Source of the DNA: a virus
Taxonomy: Duplodnaviria; Caudoviricetes
Direction: 5' to 3' (one strand)
Length of the DNA: 49,652 nucleotides
IMG/VR virus record: IMGVR_UViG_3300027791_000037
Location: 1 to 49,652 of that record
Notes under the pieces: model-generated
The model's input: the letters and a program-made list of their open reading frames with translations, nothing else
Told to the model about the DNA's origin: nothing
Database searches by the model: none
Position numbers and translations under genes: made by a program
Shown: positions 1 to 7,740 of the stretch, piece by piece
Position numbering within the stretch: the first letter of the stretch is position 1
Layout of the letters: every line of letters begins with the position of its first letter

Positions 1-1566
1 TGCCTCATCTGCTGAAGTTCTTATATTTCTTTCAAGTATTTGTAATCCGGCTGCCGTATCTTTTTGAGCATCGAATCCTTCCTGTGTAGATTTGCCTACT
101 TTATCACCAAGTTCTAATCTGCGTTTTTCAGCCTCTTCGCCATCTGCACCTAATGCTATAACTCTATCAGATGATTCTCCGTCTATTCCGACTGCCGCAC
201 CGATTTCACTTGCATTGGATGCAAGTTCCATAGATTTGCCAAATCGATCAACGTTGTTTCTGACTCCATCTACAAAGGTACTAGTGACTTCTGCTACGGC
301 TTCATCATATTCAGCAGACCCTGCTGTTAAATTTGAAAATTGCTCTTTAAGTTGGCCGGCTTCAAAGCCCATGTTCGCCAAGGCCTGGGTATTTTCATCA
401 AATGCACCGGTACCAATGATATTCATCAGTTTCGTTGCCATACCAGGCCCTAATCCAGCTAAATCCTGAGCTAAATCTTGTCTAATTTTTAGTTGATTAG
501 CAAGATCGTCTTTCCTATCATTTAATTCTTGTCTTCTACTATCAGACATTTCACCTTGTAGTTCTTTTTCTATTCGGGCAATGTCGTTCTGATCTCTTAT
601 GTTACGAATTTTATTTCGTAAGTCTGATGCAATTTGATTTTGTTCTTCTTTTAACTGTGTTGCAGATAAGCCAGTCAGTTCAGACAGTTCAACTAATGTC
701 TTTGCATAGTCTAATGATCTTTTTTGTATCTCTTTAGCAGACATATTCTGTGCATTTAAATTAATACCAGATGTTCGTTGTAACTGAATGTAATATGCTT
801 GTTGCTCGTTGGCTTCTTCTAGCGTATAACCATACCTACGCATTTCTGCTTCTACTTCATCATTATTATTAAGTGCTAGAACTTCAAGGAATTTCTTTAA
901 ACCGTCTGATGTACCAGCTCCAAATGATGCTAAACCATTCGCAGTTGAAAGGATGATAGGAGATAACTTATCTAAGTCTCTTGCGGCAAATCCTGCATCT
1001 CTTGCAAGATCAGTCATTTGGTTACTAGTTTGCTCTGTAATACCACCCATTAGATTCATATCTTTTACGAATCTGTTTTGAGCATCAGTCTGCTCTAGCA
1101 TTAATGCGCCGATTTTCGTTAGTGCATCAAATGCCATGCCAGCGGCTCGACCAAGTGGACCCATCGAAGAGGTTAATTCTGAGGTAGCATCTCCTAACCC
1201 TTTAAGACTTGATCCGTATTTAGAAAAGCCTTCTACACCACCAGTAAGTGCCTGAGAAAAACTTGCAACAGCAACTAAACTTAGACCTATAGCCTTATCA
1301 AAACTTTTCATGCTTTCATCGACTTTATTAACAGAACTTCCATGAGCTTTGGCAGCCTCAGTAGTAGCTCCTAAAGCCTGTGCATTGGCTATCTGTGCGG
1401 CCGAATTGGTGTCAATAGACTTTGATAGGTTTGACTGTGCAGATGCTACTGCGGAAATAGTTTGTGCTAGATCGGTGAAGGCAGTTGACATTCCTCCCAT
1501 GGATGAGGACATAGAATTTAAATTCTCTTGGAATTCTCGCAATATTTCCGGATCAAAATCGTCCAT
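1..1566 (-). CDS. Tail tape-measure-like protein, N-terminal part (runs off the left edge)
   Basis: Absent from the ORF track. ATG at 1566 with AGGA upstream; the portions I translated are open towards position 1 (MDDFDPEILREFQENLNSMSSSMGGM...). Ala/Gly/Ser/Leu-rich helical composition. Lies next to the gp26/gp51-like genes behind a late-promoter motif. Confidence 0.7.
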   Translation of the reverse strand, partial: MDDFDPEILREFQENLNSMSSSMGGMSTAFTDLAQTISAVASAQSNLSKSIDTNSAAQIANAQALGATTEAAKAHGSSVNKVDESMKSFDKAIGLSLVAVASFSQALTGGVEGFSKYGSSLKGLGDATSELTSSMGPLGRAAGMAFDALTKIGALMLEQTDAQNRFVKDMNLMGGITEQTSNQMTDLARDAGFAARDLDKLSPIILSTANGLASFGAGTSDGLKKFLEVLALNNNDEVEAEMRRYGYTLEEANEQQAYYIQLQRTSGINLNAQNMSAKEIQKRSLDYAKTLVELSELTGLSATQLKEEQNQIASDLRNKIRNIRDQNDIARIEKELQGEMSDSRRQELNDRKDDLANQLKIRQDLAQDLAGLGPGMATKLMNIIGTGAFDENTQALANMGFEAGQLKEQFSNLTAGSAEYDEAVAEVTSTFVDGVRNNVDRFGKSMELASNASEIGAAVGIDGESSDRVIALGADGEEAEKRRLELGDKVGKSTQEGFDAQKDTAAGLQILERNIRTSADEA

Positions 1567-1609
1567 ACACTTTTTATCCTAAAGTTTTAATTTAGGGTCT
1601 TTTTCGGAC

Positions 1610-1636
1610 ACTAAATATATTATACTAGTATTTAGT
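1610..1636. promoter_or_regulatory. Pair of oppositely oriented T4-type late promoters (ACTAAATA on each strand)
   Basis: ACTAAATA at 1610-1617 (+) and its reverse complement TATTTAGT at 1629-1636, between divergent tail genes. Resembles the gp55 consensus TATAAATA. Confidence 0.7.
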
Positions 1637-1672
1637 ATTTAAAAATACCGTATTTTATTATGGGGAACATAT

Positions 1673-2536
1673 ATGACAATTAATGAAAATAATCCACTAC
1701 GACAGTTTTTTCGTAGACCAGCAGTAAGTATCAGTCTGCCGTCAGGAGGAGAACATTACTCACCTGAAGACATCGTATGGCCTGATGATATGAAAGAGTT
1801 GCCTGTCTATCCAATGACAGCAATCGATGAGATAACCACTAAGACACCTGATGCATTGTTCAATGGCACAGCAATGGTAGAAATCATTAAGAGTTGTGTC
1901 CCTGCAATCAAAAACCCTTGGTCATTGTTAAGTACTGATTTAGACACTGTTTTGATATCGATTAAGGCCGCGGCAGGGCAAGAAACAATTGATGTAGAGT
2001 CTAAATGTGAAAAATGTGGAGAAGAAGGCACATATGGTATTAATTTACAACTTCTTCTACGTTCACTAAAAGCAGGTGATTATCATCTCCCTTTAAAAAT
2101 GAATGAGTTAGAGATTTATCTTTCTCCTATAAATTATAAGATGATGAATGAAGCCGCATTAGAGCAGTTTGAAATTCAAGCAAAGTACAAAGATTTACCT
2201 AATATAACAGATCAACAAGAACGTGTTGCAATGAGTCAAGCGGCATTAGTAGATATAACAGTTTTAACAATGCATATTTTATCTAAAGCAATTACCAAAA
2301 TTGTAACTCCAGAAGGAGAAGTAACTGATACTGATCATATACATGATTTTCTAAAGAATGCAGATACTAAAACATATGAAGTTATACGAGATTATAACAC
2401 AGAACTTAGAGAAAAGTCAACTATCAAGCCACTAGATATTGTCTGTACTGCAGGTGCAGAGGACCCATCAAAAGAAGAATGTGGGCATCAATATAAACAA
2501 CCATTTACACTGAATGCATCGGATTTTTTCGTCTAA
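1673..2536 (+). CDS. T4 gp26-like baseplate hub / tail assembly chaperone
   Basis: NPLRQFFRRP...LPSGG, PMTAIDEI, DLDTVLISIK, CEKC and a second Cys pair, ending LNASDFF. GGGGA SD upstream. Confidence 0.75.
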   Translation: MTINENNPLRQFFRRPAVSISLPSGGEHYSPEDIVWPDDMKELPVYPMTAIDEITTKTPDALFNGTAMVEIIKSCVPAIKNPWSLLSTDLDTVLISIKAAAGQETIDVESKCEKCGEEGTYGINLQLLLRSLKAGDYHLPLKMNELEIYLSPINYKMMNEAALEQFEIQAKYKDLPNITDQQERVAMSQAALVDITVLTMHILSKAITKIVTPEGEVTDTDHIHDFLKNADTKTYEVIRDYNTELREKSTIKPLDIVCTAGAEDPSKEECGHQYKQPFTLNASDFFV

Positions 2537-2760
2537 GACTCCTTATACTCGATCCTGACGGGATAAGAGAGTTGATATCAAAATATGAAGAATACACTCA
2601 GGGAATAAAGTCTAACGCACTGACTTTAGCCTGGTATATGCGTGGCGGAGCATCCTATGAAGATATCCTTAACATGTCACAAGTAGAAAGGAAATCCATA
2701 AACAAATTAGTAGAAGAACATTTAGAAACTACTAAGAAAACTCAATTGCCATTCTTCTAA
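2530..2760 (+). CDS. T4 gp51-like C-terminal module, probably translated as a -1 frameshift extension of the upstream ORF
   Basis: WYMRGGASYEDILNMSQVERKSINKLVEEHLE motif. The frame is open from 2497 with no ATG before 2638 (only a TTG at 2572). Slippery T TTT TTC at 2524-2530 leads directly into this frame. Confidence 0.7.
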   Translation, partial: RLRLLILDPDGIRELISKYEEYTQGIKSNALTLAWYMRGGASYEDILNMSQVERKSINKLVEEHLETTKKTQLPFF

Positions 2761-2786
2761 ACTTTATTCTTTTCGGTCTTATTCAA

Positions 2787-2837
2787 AAGTTCTCTTACGA
2801 GAACTTAATTACTCATTCACTTCGTTCATTCGTAATT
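2787..2837 (-). other. Two adjacent hairpins: a C(GTAA)G stem-loop and a tandem-GA / C(GAA)G DNA-type hairpin
   Basis: Minus strand reads AATTAC-GA-AT-GA-AC-GAA-GT-GA-AT-GA-GTAATT (2837-2807), then AAGTTCTC-GTAA-GAGAACTT (2806-2787). Confidence 0.65.
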
Positions 2838-2904
2838 TCTTTTTAAGTTTAATAAACGGTTAATCTATTATATTACTAATATTAATTAAGTCTTATTACC
2901 GTTT

Positions 2905-3250
2905 TGAAGCCATGGTAGTGCTATCAAACACTACCATAGTTTCAGGTCTCATTACACGCCTGTCATCCATGTTGATTATCCCCAATCGATTACGTTACTA
3001 TAATCAATTGCTACCGGTTGCCCTGTAAAGTTTGCTGGGTTGTAGTTGAGCCAATCACACTAATAAATGTGACCTCTCAGCAACGCATGTTTCATATCAT
3101 CAAATCAAAATATATATGAACTCATTCAAGGTTCGCTACCATAACGATTGCCTTGTCGGTATATTGTGTCTGTAAGACACTACTCCAAATCTGTTGCCCA
3201 TCACTACAATAGGTTCCTCGAGGAGAGCCGAGCATTAAGTCACGGCTATG
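2905..3250 (-). ncRNA. Putative large structured non-coding RNA, family not recognised
   Basis: No ORF in the track. At least 7 local stems (2905-2944, 2983-3010, 3055-3072, 3091-3120, 3127-3155, 3166-3180, 3226-3247) and a long-range helix 3040-3046/3203-3209. Several mismatches become G-U pairs only on the minus strand. Begins right after the resolvase stop. Confidence 0.55.
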
Positions 3251-3255
3251 CTTAT

Positions 3256-3843
3256 TTAAATATCTATTCTACTTGTTGTTGTGTTTATTTTTAAGTCTGA
3301 CTTGGTGTCAATGGTGGGTTTTGAGTTGGTCTCTGTGTCGCCTGCGTATGCTTTAAATATATCTTTGTTGAATTCAAAAAAGTGGTCCCAATCAAATATA
3401 ACCCAATCAGCATGTTTGTCTGATGTGTAATAAATGAATTGATCACTTACGAATGTGTATTTACTCGGTACACAAACAAAACGTCCCTTACGATTGAATT
3501 TCATAAAGAGTACGTCAAAGTCTCCTTCATCATGGACGTCCATTACTTGGTCGAGCCAGTCTTCTAGTACTCTGCATGAGCCAGATAGAAGTTGATGAAA
3601 AGGAAAGTCTGCATAGAACTTACATTCTATGTTAAGTTTGTGGAAGCTTTGTCCAGGAACAATGTCCCCTTTAAAACTTCTGATCTGTCCTTCGTGTAAA
3701 ATTTCTGTACGGGATTGATTCTTGCCACCTACATAAGCACCTGATCCAGGAGCACGTATAAAACTTTCTTCATAGGTTTCTGAAAGATATCTTGCGACTT
3801 CTCTTTCAAATCCTGATCCTTTGTTCTTAGATGGTGATGGCAT
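3256..3843 (-). CDS. Holliday junction resolvase, PD-(D/E)XK Hjc-like
   Basis: SKNKGSGFEREVA...GDIV...IECK motif pattern; in the same operon as gp46/gp47. Confidence 0.75.
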   Translation of the reverse strand: MPSPSKNKGSGFEREVARYLSETYEESFIRAPGSGAYVGGKNQSRTEILHEGQIRSFKGDIVPGQSFHKLNIECKFYADFPFHQLLSGSCRVLEDWLDQVMDVHDEGDFDVLFMKFNRKGRFVCVPSKYTFVSDQFIYYTSDKHADWVIFDWDHFFEFNKDIFKAYAGDTETNSKPTIDTKSDLKINTTTSRIDI

Positions 3844-3860
3844 TAATACTAGTTATCTCC

Positions 3861-4877
3861 CTACCACTCGGTGGCATAATTTTTATCTACCCTATGATGG
3901 GCACATTTTGTCTGGCACTCGTAAGAGTCATGTATAAAGTCGGCTTCCCAGAATTTATCTTTTACTATTTTGGGTAATCTCAATTCATGTAGATTATATT
4001 TCTTGCCGATTTCGTTCCATTTGTTGTTGTGTCCGTATCTTGTTGCGACCCAACAGCATGGATAAAACTCTCCCCTAGCATTAATGTAACTACCTTTGTT
4101 GCCTATATGACACAAAGGACGTTCATTACCTACCAACTTAGATTCATCGTACAACTTAATGTTCGTCTTCATCCAGGGTTCTTTAATAGACTTATCTGTG
4201 AATTTAAATACTTCTCTTTCAAATCTATGACTAGATGATAACAAATCATCACGTGGTTGTAAAGCATCTTGGGCGCCATACGAATCTTCGTATATCTTAC
4301 CGAACTTAGTGCTTCTTGTTAACTGAAATGCATCAAAGCCTAACTCTCTTGCATAGTTCTGCATGTCTCCGATCTTATCCTCGTTAAACTTGAAGCCTAT
4401 TGCGTCCCAGACACTGTAACACTTAGACTTATCATTGATGATAGAGACGCCTGTAACGATGCTAGACCAATTAGAATTGATTCTATAGATATTATTACTC
4501 TCATGGTCCCAACCGTCTATACTGAAGTGTATTTGATCTTGTTCGTCTAACAGTTCTGCTAGTCTTGTCCACCAGACCTCATTTTTATATGATCCGTTAG
4601 TAACTATGATGATTGCAATGCTAGGCTTTATTGATTTAAAGTATTGAATAACCTCTAAGAAGTCATGTGCATAGATAGGATCACCATCATCACCGCAGAA
4701 CGTTAGTTTTTCTACATGTTCTAATATAAAGAATGCGGGAAAGTTTTGTTTAAAGAAGTCTAACTTAAGTTCTGTACTGACTAATGTGTCAGGAACCTCT
4801 TGTCTAGGACAACGAGGACACTTGAGTGTACACTTACTGCTGATCTCAATGTGCCAGTGCCATAGTGCTAGACTCAC
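3861..4877 (-). CDS. Radical SAM protein with C-terminal Twitch/SPASM-like Cys domain
   Basis: CTLKCPRC (CxxxCxxC), CGDDGDP (GGEP-like), TNGS, FSIDG; C-terminal C...GEFYPCCW...CQTKC. ATGA overlap with gp46. Confidence 0.85.
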   Translation of the reverse strand: MSLALWHWHIEISSKCTLKCPRCPRQEVPDTLVSTELKLDFFKQNFPAFFILEHVEKLTFCGDDGDPIYAHDFLEVIQYFKSIKPSIAIIIVTNGSYKNEVWWTRLAELLDEQDQIHFSIDGWDHESNNIYRINSNWSSIVTGVSIINDKSKCYSVWDAIGFKFNEDKIGDMQNYARELGFDAFQLTRSTKFGKIYEDSYGAQDALQPRDDLLSSSHRFEREVFKFTDKSIKEPWMKTNIKLYDESKLVGNERPLCHIGNKGSYINARGEFYPCCWVATRYGHNNKWNEIGKKYNLHELRLPKIVKDKFWEADFIHDSYECQTKCAHHRVDKNYATEW

Positions 4878-6640
4878 AGATTTTCCATGTCCCTTGTTGA
4901 ATTGTATGTAGTAAAGCCGTTCTCTTTAATTACTTGTAAGACACTAGCAACTCTTCCTGCTAGTTCTTCTCTGTGCGAGACTAACCAAACAGACTTGTTA
5001 CGATTACGTGTCATATCTTTAAGAATAGCCATAGCACTCTCAACACCTATTGTATCTAGTCCTGAGTCAATTAACTCGTCAATGAACAAAGTGTTGATTG
5101 GGAAGTATAAGTTTTCCCACACATCTCTGAATGCAAATGATAATCCTAAGATCAATCTGTTACGTTCCCCTCTTGATAAGTTATCAAAGTCTAGTTCTCT
5201 GCCCAATTCTGTAATTTCTACACTTAAATCGTTTTGGAACACAACTTGATGTGGTAGACCCATTTTATCTAAGTATGAAGTCAAACGAGAATTTAAATAC
5301 GATAAGTTTTGATCAATGATCTTCTTACGTACAAACGAATCTTTACTTGTTAAAAGGTCTAACAAGAACTTCTGATGATCTCCTACACGTGACAACCCGT
5401 TGATTTTGTCAAAGTCTGCCTCTTGTATCGCATTCGTTTCCATCTCAGATATCTGATCTATATAAGGATTTTCGTCTACCTCTTTACGAGATACTTGCCC
5501 CTTAAGGTCTTTGATCTTGTTTTTGTGTTCAATAGCCTCAGATTCTGAGTTATAAAATAAGTTAGGACGTTCTCCTACTTCAAACAACGAATTCTTTTCC
5601 CCTTCTAACTCTACTTGTACTTCTGCTAGTTCGGTTAAGTGTTTAGTATGCTCTAGTAGACTTTCTTCTTTGTCTTTTAGCACTTGACTGTGTGCATCAT
5701 CATGGAAGTCTTGTCCGCAAGTGTGACATTTGTTCGTTTCTAGTATCTCTAATTCTTTTTCAAACTTACTAACAGCCTTTGCTTCTCTAACAACATCATT
5801 GTTGGTTCTAGTAATCAATTTGTCGATATCTGCATGATCCTTAAGTAAGGCATTATATGCAGATAGTTGCGTATGACCAAGTAATTCGGCATCAATATCC
5901 AATTCTTCTAGTCTTCTAATCTGATCTTTTAATGTACTAATGTCTTCTGCTGTCTTGTTATCCCATAGTCTTGCTCGTTTTCTAAGACTATCGATTTGTT
6001 CTCCGATTCGTTTGTTTGCCTCTTCAACTGCTTGTACTTTAAATTCTTCTTGTTGTATTTCTTCTTTGTTGGCTTTAATCTTTACTTTTATCTTCTCTGC
6101 TTTTTCTGATAGCAGTGTGATGCCGAGTAATTGCTCAATGATATCACGTTGTTGCCCTTGTGTCATGCTTAAGAACGGCTGACTGTATGTATTAAGTGCA
6201 ACGATATTTCTAAACATAATTGAAGACATACCCATGATGTCTTCTATGAGTTTCTGTGTCTCTTTATTCTCGCCTTGTGCTTCGTTATCTTCTTCTTCTG
6301 TTCCGTTAATAAAGAACTTCATGCCATGTGGCTTACGTCCACGTTCAATTCGATAATCAACACCATTGGCTTCAAAGTCTAGTGTGACCATCATGCTTTT
6401 GCCGTTTGTTCGATTGATTAAATTGTTTGCTTTGATGTTGTTAAGTGGAACACCATACAACGCATAACTAACTGCTTGAATGAGTGTAGTCTTACCAGTA
6501 CCATTTCTAGCACCGTCTCCGCCTAAATCTAAGTTGTCACCTAAGATAAGAGTAAGTTCTTGGTTATTTAAATCAACTGCTTGAGTAACAGAACCTACAC
6601 TTAAAAAGTTTCTGAGAGTTACATGTTTTAAATTGATCAT
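4874..6640 (-). CDS. Recombination nuclease ATPase subunit (T4 gp46 / SbcC / Rad50-like)
   Basis: Walker A GARNGTGKTT, coiled coil with CHTC zinc hook, signature LSRGE, Walker B LFIDE, H-loop VSH. Confidence 0.93.
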   Translation of the reverse strand: MINLKHVTLRNFLSVGSVTQAVDLNNQELTLILGDNLDLGGDGARNGTGKTTLIQAVSYALYGVPLNNIKANNLINRTNGKSMMVTLDFEANGVDYRIERGRKPHGMKFFINGTEEEDNEAQGENKETQKLIEDIMGMSSIMFRNIVALNTYSQPFLSMTQGQQRDIIEQLLGITLLSEKAEKIKVKIKANKEEIQQEEFKVQAVEEANKRIGEQIDSLRKRARLWDNKTAEDISTLKDQIRRLEELDIDAELLGHTQLSAYNALLKDHADIDKLITRTNNDVVREAKAVSKFEKELEILETNKCHTCGQDFHDDAHSQVLKDKEESLLEHTKHLTELAEVQVELEGEKNSLFEVGERPNLFYNSESEAIEHKNKIKDLKGQVSRKEVDENPYIDQISEMETNAIQEADFDKINGLSRVGDHQKFLLDLLTSKDSFVRKKIIDQNLSYLNSRLTSYLDKMGLPHQVVFQNDLSVEITELGRELDFDNLSRGERNRLILGLSFAFRDVWENLYFPINTLFIDELIDSGLDTIGVESAMAILKDMTRNRNKSVWLVSHREELAGRVASVLQVIKENGFTTYNSTRDMENL

Positions 6641-7653
6641 ATAGACTGATAAATCTCCAGTAGTACACCTTTATCATAGAAATCAGATTCTATGTTCTTA
6701 ATTTGTTCGATGATAATTGAATCAACACTCTCAAACGATATCTCTCCGGGTGCTAAGTCTTGTGCATGTTCATCATTCTTAACAGGAATCAAAGACATTT
6801 CTCTTAATTCATGTTTAGGTATTAATTGTTCTCTTATAAAGTTAGATTCTTCATATGAGATATCAATGTCTAAGTGTACTCTAACATGAGCATTCTTAAT
6901 TAGTAATCCTTCTGGGTTTTCTAATACTTCACTTAGTTTATAAACTCTGTATACAGGTTGATCGGGCCATGAATGAAACTCTGGTTCTTTGTCCCACTCT
7001 AATACCATCATGCCTCTAGCATCATCACCTGCATCTGCATAGTTATGTGGGAATGCATTGCCCATATACCAAACGTTTTTCTTTGCTTGACGTTTGTGAA
7101 AGTGTCCTGTGAATACTTTGTCAAAATGTCCTAAATGATCTGCATTTGTTTCGCCGTGATCGGGCATTTCTATCATAGCATTCATGTAGAAGTATGGTAA
7201 CTCTAAATGAGCAAACAAATACTTGCCTTTCTTCTTTTTAAGTAGTTTATAGTCATCACCACATAGCCACGGAGCGATAACACAGTTACCCTCTTCAATG
7301 AAATGATCGACAACTACTACATTATCAAGGTGTCTAGCCCATTCAAACGAATGAATATCACGTTTGTCTCTATAATAAAGATCATGGTTGCCTGTAATGA
7401 AGTAAACTTTCTCAAATGCATCGTTTAGTTTCTCTAATGCATTAAGTCCGAATTGCATGGTATGCATGTTAATACTTGCTCTGTGATGATTCCAATCACC
7501 CAAGAACAAACACGTTTCACAGCCTTCCTCTATTGATTTCTCAATAAACCAATCCACAAAGTCACTACAGTCTCGGTTATGTTGTATACTATTACTCTTT
7601 AAACCAAAATGTATGTCTGTGAATACGGCCGCTTTCTTAAAAAGATTACTCAT
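6637..7653 (-). CDS. Recombination nuclease subunit (T4 gp47 / SbcD / Mre11-like)
   Basis: Metallophosphoesterase motifs TDIHFG, LGDW, GNHD, GHFH; translationally coupled to gp46. Confidence 0.93.
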   Translation of the reverse strand: MSNLFKKAAVFTDIHFGLKSNSIQHNRDCSDFVDWFIEKSIEEGCETCLFLGDWNHHRASINMHTMQFGLNALEKLNDAFEKVYFITGNHDLYYRDKRDIHSFEWARHLDNVVVVDHFIEEGNCVIAPWLCGDDYKLLKKKKGKYLFAHLELPYFYMNAMIEMPDHGETNADHLGHFDKVFTGHFHKRQAKKNVWYMGNAFPHNYADAGDDARGMMVLEWDKEPEFHSWPDQPVYRVYKLSEVLENPEGLLIKNAHVRVHLDIDISYEESNFIREQLIPKHELREMSLIPVKNDEHAQDLAPGEISFESVDSIIIEQIKNIESDFYDKGVLLEIYQSI

Positions 7654-7680
7654 AATTAGTTTTCCCAGTATTCAACATCT

Positions 7681-7709
7681 ATTATACATGACAGAGGCAG
7701 GAAAAGCAA
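7681..7709 (-). promoter_or_regulatory. Sigma70-type promoter for the gp47-gp46 operon
   Basis: Minus strand TTGCTT (7709-7704), 17-nt spacer, TATAAT (7686-7681). Confidence 0.75.
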
Positions 7710-7729
7710 GACATTTGGATGCCTTGCTT
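7702..7729 (-). terminator. Probable intrinsic terminator after the late sigma gene
   Basis: Minus strand AAGCAAGGCAT-CCAA-ATGTCTTGCTT-TT: 11-bp stem with one G-U and a short U tract, 11 nt after the stop codon. Confidence 0.6.
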
Positions 7730-7740
7730 GCCCGAAAGTG

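Noticed and set aside
92-1582. Plus-strand ORFs 92-469 and 1349-1582
   Set aside because: They are antisense shadows of the long minus-strand tape-measure-like frame and have no SD or recognisable motifs.
2761-3255. tRNA, tmRNA, RNase P RNA, group I/II intron or CRISPR identity for the intergenic element
   Set aside because: I saw no cloverleaf with T-loop and CCA, no tmRNA-type termini, no GAGGAAAGUCC, no interrupted flanking gene and no repeat-spacer periodicity. A covariance-model search is still needed.
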